Made by a program: the position numbers and the translations under genes. 64,000 nucleotides of DNA from Clostridia bacterium (lineage in GTDB: Bacteria; Bacillota; Clostridia; TANB77; CAG-508). The stretch lies in assembly GCA_016290095.1 (NCBI GenBank), contig JAEESU010000025.1, positions 8,161-72,160 of the forward strand, given 5' to 3'. Under the pieces are notes generated by a model, which saw nothing but the letters and a program-made list of their open reading frames with translations, was not told the origin of the DNA and did no database searches. Shown here in pieces: positions 57,200 to 64,000 of this stretch. How positions within the stretch are numbered: the first letter of the stretch is position 1; each line of letters starts with the position of its first letter.

Positions 57200-57937
57200 A
57201 TGAAACCAATATTAATAGCAGGTGCTTTAAAATCAGAAACTGATTTTTTAATCTCAAAAATGGAAAAAAGAAAAGAAAGCAAATTAGGCGGGTATGATTT
57301 TTATGAAGGAAAAATAAACGGTTATCCAGTATGTCTTATAAAAACAGAAGTTGGACTTGTTAATGCTGCAAGTAGTTTAAGTTTGGCAATTGAAAAATGT
57401 AAGCCAGCTTTTATATTAAATGAAGGCACAGCAGGTGGGATTACTCCAAAACATCATAAAAAAGATATTATACTTGGAAAAGAAACTTTTAATATTATGG
57501 CATGTAGAACTCCTTATAAAGAAATAGGTGAAGGAAGCAATTCTTTAGATTGGGAATATAGAACATTTATAGATGGCGGAACTTACCAAAGAATAGTTTA
57601 TTGTGGAAATGATGAAATAATGAAATTTATCTATACTTTAAGAAATGAATATAAAAATGGAAAAGTATATAAAGGTGTAATAGGAAGCGGAGATGTTTGG
57701 AATAGAGAAAAAGATAAATTAAAATTCTTAAATGAAAAATTTAAAGTTGATTGTGAAGATATGGAATCTGTAGCGATTTATGCAGTTGCTAAAAATTTTG
57801 ATATACCAGCTATTTCTGCGAAAATAATGTCAGATAATGAACTATTAGGTGAAGAATATGAACCAGAAGTTGCAAGTGACTTACAAGTATTTATATATGA
57901 AGTTTTATTAAAAATGGCAGAAAATCTAAAAGATTAA
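57200..57937 (+). CDS. MTA/SAH nucleosidase-like protein (PNP_UDP_1 family)
   Basis: ILIAGALKSETDFL and EDMESVAIYAVA. Start moved to ATG 57200 behind a GGAAGGAGG SD. Confidence 0.75.
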   Translation: MKPILIAGALKSETDFLISKMEKRKESKLGGYDFYEGKINGYPVCLIKTEVGLVNAASSLSLAIEKCKPAFILNEGTAGGITPKHHKKDIILGKETFNIMACRTPYKEIGEGSNSLDWEYRTFIDGGTYQRIVYCGNDEIMKFIYTLRNEYKNGKVYKGVIGSGDVWNREKDKLKFLNEKFKVDCEDMESVAIYAVAKNFDIPAISAKIMSDNELLGEEYEPEVASDLQVFIYEVLLKMAENLKD

Positions 57938-57952
57938 TTAAGAGGTAATATT

Positions 57953-58495
57953 ATGACTATTAATAATATAGAAACAGAAAGATTTATACTTAGAAAAGTG
58001 GAATATAGCGACTTAGAAGAAATATTTAATATTTTAAGTGATGAAAATGTTATTACTAATTTAAATATGGATTTACATAGAAACATAGATGATACAAGAA
58101 AATTATTAGATAACTATTTTGAAGAATATAATAAGGGAACAAAATATCCATATGCAATAATAGAAAAGACAACAAAAAAACTTGTTGGAGTATTTTTAAT
58201 AAAGCTTGATTTATATGATGAAGATTGTTTTGAATTTACTATTTATATAGATCCTAGATTTTGGAATAAAGGTATTTATACAGAAGTATTACCTTACATG
58301 ACTAAAGTTGCAATAGAAGATATTAAAACAGGAAATTTTAGAGGATTTGTAATGGAGAAAAATGAGGCATCAGCAATCGTCCTTGAAAGAGCTGGATTCG
58401 AACTGGAGAAGATTTTTAATGTTCCAGGATTAGAAGGAAAAATAAAAAGTTATTTAATAACAAGAGAAAATTACTATAAAAGAAATGGAAAATAA
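57953..58495 (+). CDS. GNAT acetyltransferase (RimJ/RimL-like)
   Basis: N-terminal ETERFILRK and an acetyltransferase core. Confidence 0.7.
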   Translation: MTINNIETERFILRKVEYSDLEEIFNILSDENVITNLNMDLHRNIDDTRKLLDNYFEEYNKGTKYPYAIIEKTTKKLVGVFLIKLDLYDEDCFEFTIYIDPRFWNKGIYTEVLPYMTKVAIEDIKTGNFRGFVMEKNEASAIVLERAGFELEKIFNVPGLEGKIKSYLITRENYYKRNGK

Positions 58496-58496
58496 A

Positions 58497-59741
58497 ATGA
58501 AAGTTTTAGTTATAGGTGGTGGACCTGCTGGAATGCTTGCAGCTATTTCTTCAGCAAAGCAGGGAAATGAAGTAACAATATTAGAAAGAAACAATGAGCT
58601 AGGAAAAAAAATTCTTATTACAGGAAAGGGAAGATGTAATTTAACTAGCTCTGTTGATATTTCAGAATTTATTAATTATATTCCTGGAAATGGAAGATTT
58701 TTATTTAGCGCTTTCCAAAATTTTTCTAATGAAGACATTATTGATTTGATAAAGTCAAATGGTGTTCAAGTAAAAGAAGAAAGAGGAAATAGAGTTTTCC
58801 CAGTAACAGATAAGGCAATAGATGTTAGAAATGCATTAGAAAAAGAAGTAAAGAAAAATAATATAGAAATAAGACTAAATTCTAGAGTAACAGAAATACT
58901 TACAAAAAATGAAGAAGTGTGTGGAGTTATTTTAGAAAATGGTGAAAAACTAATAGCTAGTAAAATTATTTTAGCAACAGGTGGAAAGAGCTATCCAGGA
59001 ACTGGATCAACAGGTGATGGATATAAACTTGCTGAAAAATTAGGACACACAGTAACAAAACTACAAGGTTCATTAGTACCACTTACTAGCGGTGATGATA
59101 CATGTAAAAATTTACAAGGATTATCACTACGAAATGTTGGAATTCAATTAATTGATATATCTACAAATAAAAAAATATATGATGATTTTGGAGAAATGTT
59201 ATTTACTCATTTTGGAGTAAGTGGACCTACAATATTAAGTAGTTCAGCACATTTATTAAGATATAAAAATGTTTACGAATTATTAAAACAAAGTCAAATA
59301 AAATTGCTTATAGATTTAAAACCAGCACTTATTCCAGAAAAACTAGATGAAAGAATTTTAAGAGATTTTGAGGAGTTAAAAAATAAAGAATTCAAAAACA
59401 GTTTAGATAAATTATTACCACAGAAGATGATTTCAGCTATTATAGAAAAATCAAAAATAAATCCATATAAAAGAGTAAATGAAATTACAAGAGAAGAAAG
59501 ACTAAATTTAGTAAATATACTTAAAAAATTTGAAGTTACAATAAATGGATTTAGGCCAGTTGAAGAGGCAATAGTAACAGCTGGAGGAATATCTATTAAA
59601 GAGATAAATCCTAAAACTATGGAATCTAAAATAATTAAAGGATTATATTTTGCAGGTGAAATTATTGATGTTGATGCATATACTGGAGGATTCAATTTGC
59701 AAATTGCATATTCAACAGGATATACAGCAGGATTAAATTAA
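58497..59741 (+). CDS. HI0933/BaiN-family flavoprotein
   Basis: MKVLVIGGGPAGMLAA and GKGRCNLT. An alternative start is at 58485. Confidence 0.85.
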   Translation: MKVLVIGGGPAGMLAAISSAKQGNEVTILERNNELGKKILITGKGRCNLTSSVDISEFINYIPGNGRFLFSAFQNFSNEDIIDLIKSNGVQVKEERGNRVFPVTDKAIDVRNALEKEVKKNNIEIRLNSRVTEILTKNEEVCGVILENGEKLIASKIILATGGKSYPGTGSTGDGYKLAEKLGHTVTKLQGSLVPLTSGDDTCKNLQGLSLRNVGIQLIDISTNKKIYDDFGEMLFTHFGVSGPTILSSSAHLLRYKNVYELLKQSQIKLLIDLKPALIPEKLDERILRDFEELKNKEFKNSLDKLLPQKMISAIIEKSKINPYKRVNEITREERLNLVNILKKFEVTINGFRPVEEAIVTAGGISIKEINPKTMESKIIKGLYFAGEIIDVDAYTGGFNLQIAYSTGYTAGLN

Positions 59742-59750
59742 GGAGTAAAC

Positions 59751-60371
59751 ATGTTTAAAACTATTGAAAAAAATGTTTCTGCTGAAATAGTGGAAAAGAA
59801 ATCTAAGTTCATAGCAAATATATTTTATGTGGAATCTGCTGTAGAAGCAGAGAATATTATAAGAGAAACAAAGAAAAAGTATTTTGATGCAAGACATAAT
59901 TGTTTTGCTTATAGCATTTATACTTCAGATGGCATTCAAAACAAATTTAGTGATGATGGAGAGCCATCAGGAACTGCAGGAAGTCCAATGCTTAATATTA
60001 TCACATCTAAAAACTTGTCAAACATTTTGGTAATTGTAACCAGATATTTTGGTGGGATATTATTAGGAACTGGCGGATTAGTTAGAGCATACACAGGAGC
60101 ATTTCAAGAAGCACTTAACAATGTAAAAGAAATTAGCAAAGATTTGGGACTAGAAGCTAGTATGAATCTTAATTATTCAGATTTGGAAAAAGCGAAATAT
60201 TACTTGAATCAAAAAAGCATAAATATTGTTGATATTATCTATGATGAAAACATTACTTTAATTTTTGAAACTCAAAAAGAAAAAATAGATGATATTATAT
60301 CAAATAAAGAAAGCTTAAACTTTAATATAAAACAACTTGAGATAATAAGAGAAAAGTACATTCAAATTTAA
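59751..60371 (+). CDS. yigZ: YigZ/IMPACT family protein
   Basis: KSKFIANIF, ARHNCFAY and DDGEPSGTAGSPML. Confidence 0.85.
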   Translation: MFKTIEKNVSAEIVEKKSKFIANIFYVESAVEAENIIRETKKKYFDARHNCFAYSIYTSDGIQNKFSDDGEPSGTAGSPMLNIITSKNLSNILVIVTRYFGGILLGTGGLVRAYTGAFQEALNNVKEISKDLGLEASMNLNYSDLEKAKYYLNQKSINIVDIIYDENITLIFETQKEKIDDIISNKESLNFNIKQLEIIREKYIQI

Positions 60372-60372
60372 A

Positions 60373-60379
60373 TGTCGAA
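60373..60379 (+). promoter_or_regulatory. consensus Spo0A box (TGTCGAA) upstream of spo0A
   Basis: Exact 7-mer match to the 0A-box consensus TGNCGAA, about 120 nt upstream of the spo0A start. Confidence 0.4.
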
Positions 60380-60502
60380 TTTTGTAAAAAGGTGAAACAC
60401 GAAAGTCCTCTAAAATAAAGAAAAATTCTTGCTATTTAAAATCCATAATATTATAATTCCTTTTGTAAATATTTACGTTATTTTATTTTAGGAGGTAAAA
60501 CA

Positions 60503-61327
60503 TTGAAAGAAAAAATCAAAATACTAATTGCAGATGACAATATGGATTTTGTTTCTACATTAATTACATACTTTAATACACAAGATGATGTAGAAATAAT
60601 AGCAACAGCAAAAGATGGACAAGAAGCTTTTAATAAGATTATAACAGAAAGGCCAACAGTAGCACTTTTAGATGTCATAATGCCACATTTAGATGGATTA
60701 GGAGTTTTAGAAAAATTAATTTCATCAAATGTAGGTTTACCAATTTGTGTTATGCTTTCAGCTGTTGGACAAGATGCTGTTACAGCTCAAGCAATTAATT
60801 TAGGTGCGAGGTATTATGTTTTAAAACCTTTTAAAATGGATGTATTAATGAAAAGAATCAGAGAATTAGTAAATGAACCATTAGAAAAACCAAAACAAAA
60901 TCAAATAATGCAAATGCCAAAAGAAGAAAAAACAAACTATGTTAATATCAAAAAAGAAGCGACAAAAGAAGAAATATTAGAAATAAAAGTTACAAATATC
61001 ATCCATGAAATAGGTGTTCCAGCTCATATAAAAGGTTATCAGTATCTAAGAGATGGAATTATTATGGTTGTAAATAATATAGAAGTAATTAATCAAATTA
61101 CAAAATTACTATATCCAGATTTAGCTAAAAAATATAAAACAACACCTTCAAGAGTTGAACGAGCAATTAGACATGCAATAGAAGTTGCATGGAACAGAGG
61201 GCAGATAGAAACAGTTGAATCAATATTCGGATATACTGTAAATTCAAATAAAGGAAAACCAACAAATAGTGAGTTTATTGCAATGATTGCAGATAAACTA
61301 AGATTAGATTTAAAAACAGCATGTTAA
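60503..61327 (+). CDS. spo0A: sporulation master regulator Spo0A
   Basis: TTG start after AGGAGG. Receiver domain (ADDN..D..MPHLDG). C-terminal Spo0A DNA-binding domain ([31 protein letters not shown]). Confidence 0.95.
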   Translation: MKEKIKILIADDNMDFVSTLITYFNTQDDVEIIATAKDGQEAFNKIITERPTVALLDVIMPHLDGLGVLEKLISSNVGLPICVMLSAVGQDAVTAQAINLGARYYVLKPFKMDVLMKRIRELVNEPLEKPKQNQIMQMPKEEKTNYVNIKKEATKEEILEIKVTNIIHEIGVPAHIKGYQYLRDGIIMVVNNIEVINQITKLLYPDLAKKYKTTPSRVERAIRHAIEVAWNRGQIETVESIFGYTVNSNKGKPTNSEFIAMIADKLRLDLKTAC

Positions 61328-61358
61328 AAGATGGACTAATTACAGTCCATCTTTTATT
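61327..61358 (+). terminator. intrinsic terminator of spo0A
   Basis: AAAGATGGACT-aattac-AGTCCATCTTT followed by a T-rich run. Confidence 0.8.
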
Positions 61359-61363
61359 AAGTT

Positions 61364-63694
61364 TTGATTACAAGTAATGAAATCTTAAATCATTATGATA
61401 TAATACGATTAGAAAAATATATTCAAAGGATGACTATGGAAGAGACAAAAGATGATTTAATTGAATATTTTCATGCTGAAAAAATCGAAAGAATAAATGG
61501 TTGCATTATTAGTATGCGTGAGCATAAAAACGTAGATGCTGAAAAACTTTTAGAAGAACATCCAGAATTAAAGGATAAGTATGTTTATCTAAAGGGTATT
61601 AGAGTATTAGTAGATAAACAAAGAGCAGCTCAAATTGATAACCCTACAGGGATTGCGGCACTTAGTCCGGAAGATGTAATTACATTAAATAATAGTGGAG
61701 TTTTAGAGAATCCCAATATTCAATTTAATTTGATTTTACGTGATGCACCAGAGAATTCAGATAGACCTTCAAATGTTAGTAAGTTTAGGCAAATTAGAGC
61801 AGAACTTGGCAATAATATGAGGTCTATAAGCAATATAAATGTTTATGGTCCAGGGTATGGACTTTTGACTAGAATTGATAATTGGACAGATGAAGAATTA
61901 ATAGATTTCTGTTCAAAAATTCCTGCGTTAACTATTAATCTTAGTCAGCCAATAGAAGCTATTGATAGACTAAGAGATGTAATATTTTCAAATCCCGAAT
62001 TAAATGAACATTTTCTTGTTGATGGAAATTATATTGTTAATGTAGACAAAGCTAGTGGTATAGAAGATAATGACGGAATATCATTCGATAGAAATCCTGA
62101 AGAACCTGAAAGTTTACGTTGGAAAAAACTAGCAAAATTTATACAAAAAAATAAAGGTTGTGCTGTTGAAGAGCGAATTAGAAATTTATCAGAAATTCCA
62201 GATGAAATTTTAGATACAATTGATGAATCTTCTAGAATAAAATTTGTAATACAACTTGGAAAAGATGGCAAGAAACAAGATTACATATATTCTGCTTATG
62301 AAATAAAACTTATAAAAGAGCAAATAACTGCTTTAGAAAAAGGAATAGCTAGTGGCTGGACAGATAAGGATTTAACTGAATTTCTTGGTGAATTAGATTT
62401 TTTGGATTTTAATTTTATACAAGATGAAATGTTAGCATCTAGAATAAAACTACTTTTAAATAATATTTCAGAATTAAAAAATAAATTTTTAATGTTAGAA
62501 GAAGGTACAAGAGTGGTTAATTGTGAGGCCACTCAACCAATAAGTCGAATATTTACTTTTCCGAAAGACCAAAGCATGGAAGACGACTCATATTCTCATA
62601 AAGTAGCAACTTTTGTAAAAAACAATCCTGGTCAGACATGTAGAATAAAAATATCAGGATTAAAAGATTTAACTGTAGAAGACTTAGAAATTTTAAGCCA
62701 GCATGAAGATAGAGTAAAGATTGGAATACCAAAGGGACAATATGATCCCAATAACACATTTGATGTATATAACCCAAATGAGATGCTAACAATCAGGAAG
62801 AAAATGGATGAATTACTAGCTGGAATAGATCCTAATGCACCTGAAATGAGAAGATGTGGAGAAATATATAGAAGAGTATGTAATGCGTTCACATATGATT
62901 ATCCAGCAGTATATCCAAAAACACCAGAAGAGGAAGAATATTCTCAAAGAAATTCTGTAAATTGCAGAAACTTAAGAAATGCACTTTTAGAAGGAAAATG
63001 TGTTTGTGCAGGATATGCAGATGTTTTAAGACAAGCCTTTAATATGTTTGGAATAGAAGCAGAATATGTAGTAGGAGATTGTATAGATCAACCAATTTCT
63101 GAAGCAAAATATAATAAACATAAAGATGATGAAGAATATAAATTTAAAAGAGTAATAAAAAATGAAGATGGAAAAGTAACTCTTGGAGATAGACATGCTT
63201 GGGTAAAAGCAAAAATAGATGGCAAATGGTATAATTTCGATCCAACATTTGATGCTGATAGTTATGCTAGAGAAGGAATACCAAAATATGTATTCCTTTC
63301 AGATGATGAAATCTCAGATCATGGAAATTCAAGAATATCAATGACAGGACCAGAATGTAAAGATTCAATGCCAATATATACACAACCACCACAATTTATA
63401 AAAGCAGATGAAGTAGAACATAAAGAGGAAAAGAAACCTAGTGTAGTTGGTAAATTATTTACTGTATTATTTGAAAAGATAAGGAATACTTTTAAAAGAA
63501 AAGATCAAAAATTATTAGATTCCGGGCAACAAGAAGGAAGCATGCCGAATGCTGGAGCAATGAAAAAAACAGAAGAGCAATATCCATCATGGGATTTAAG
63601 AGGATATAAAGATGCTAAAAAGATTATAGCTCCACAACAAATAAGTACAAAAGATAGGAATTTAGATGGCAAGGAGAAGGATGATGGTAGATAA
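61364..63694 (+). CDS. large protein with C-terminal transglutaminase-like Cys-His-Asp core (start uncertain; ATG 61430/61436 possible)
   Basis: CVCAGYADVL, DRHAWVKAKIDGKWYNFDPT. Confidence 0.7.
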   Translation: MITSNEILNHYDIIRLEKYIQRMTMEETKDDLIEYFHAEKIERINGCIISMREHKNVDAEKLLEEHPELKDKYVYLKGIRVLVDKQRAAQIDNPTGIAALSPEDVITLNNSGVLENPNIQFNLILRDAPENSDRPSNVSKFRQIRAELGNNMRSISNINVYGPGYGLLTRIDNWTDEELIDFCSKIPALTINLSQPIEAIDRLRDVIFSNPELNEHFLVDGNYIVNVDKASGIEDNDGISFDRNPEEPESLRWKKLAKFIQKNKGCAVEERIRNLSEIPDEILDTIDESSRIKFVIQLGKDGKKQDYIYSAYEIKLIKEQITALEKGIASGWTDKDLTEFLGELDFLDFNFIQDEMLASRIKLLLNNISELKNKFLMLEEGTRVVNCEATQPISRIFTFPKDQSMEDDSYSHKVATFVKNNPGQTCRIKISGLKDLTVEDLEILSQHEDRVKIGIPKGQYDPNNTFDVYNPNEMLTIRKKMDELLAGIDPNAPEMRRCGEIYRRVCNAFTYDYPAVYPKTPEEEEYSQRNSVNCRNLRNALLEGKCVCAGYADVLRQAFNMFGIEAEYVVGDCIDQPISEAKYNKHKDDEEYKFKRVIKNEDGKVTLGDRHAWVKAKIDGKWYNFDPTFDADSYAREGIPKYVFLSDDEISDHGNSRISMTGPECKDSMPIYTQPPQFIKADEVEHKEEKKPSVVGKLFTVLFEKIRNTFKRKDQKLLDSGQQEGSMPNAGAMKKTEEQYPSWDLRGYKDAKKIIAPQQISTKDRNLDGKEKDDGR

Positions 63695-64000
63695 TAGGGA
63701 ATTACGAAGATTAATAGGATATAAAGTTGGAAAGTTTAATGATGAAACATTAACAGAAGATGATTTAATAAGTGTTAAAGACTTAGGAGTAAGTGGAAAA
63801 ACATTAGATGGTCAAGACTTGCAAATTGATTTAGAAGAATTGAAAAAACTATCAAGTTTAGAACTTTTATCAATAAATCAGATGGATTTAGATAATAGAT
63901 TAATAGGCATTATTGGGTCATTACCTAGACTAAGAACACTAATGCTTGCTAAATGCAATATTACACAAAATACAATAGTTGGATTAGACAATATTAATAG
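63681..64000 (+). CDS. leucine-rich-repeat protein, N-terminal part (3' end outside window)
   Basis: AAGGAGAAGG SD inside the upstream gene's last codons. Frame is open to the window end. LxxLxL repeats (LSSLELLSINQMDL, LPRLRTLMLAKCNI). Confidence 0.55.
   Translation, partial: MMVDNRELRRLIGYKVGKFNDETLTEDDLISVKDLGVSGKTLDGQDLQIDLEELKKLSSLELLSINQMDLDNRLIGIIGSLPRLRTLMLAKCNITQNTIVGLDNIN

Noticed and set aside
63674-63694. The transglutaminase-like protein ending ..KEKDDGR as a fourth member of the DDDAR tail family.
   Set aside because: Only DD-x-R is shared. The codons coincide with the SD (AAGGAGAAGG) and ATGATG start of the overlapping LRR gene, which constrains the sequence independently.

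Overview
About 64 kb of chromosome from a very AT-rich, spore-forming Firmicute. It looks Clostridia-like: spo0A, a bofA-like gene, a spoVK-like AAA+ gene, archaeal-type ProRS, adhE, nrdDG and PerR/rubrerythrin are present. Most genes are on the + strand and are ordinary housekeeping loci: proS, smc, gatCAB, purAB, nrdDG, adhE, rpsT, rpiB, pth, rng, rimO, upp, ppaC and spo0A. I recognised no rRNA, tRNA, CRISPR array, transposase or integrase. Four things stand out. (1) A translationally coupled operon at 15784-22890 carries two truncated class II aaRS paralogs, an isoaspartyl dipeptidase, a PurD-like ATP-grasp, a HAD, a kinase-fold protein and a P-loop protein, followed by an HD-domain gene at 23001-23579. 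A compositionally foreign archaeal-type AspRS lies immediately next to it. (2) Three otherwise unrelated proteins end in the same encoded tail, DDD(D)AR-stop: a thymidine-kinase-like protein, the HD protein and a small orphan. (3) Seven G+C-rich single-gene cassettes sit in intergenic gaps of the AT-rich backbone, each with its own near-consensus promoter, SD and GC-rich intrinsic terminator. (4) Two copies of a nested-palindrome, G+C-rich intergenic element show a compensatory base-pair change. All functional calls rest on motifs read by eye. No database search or numerical computation was possible.
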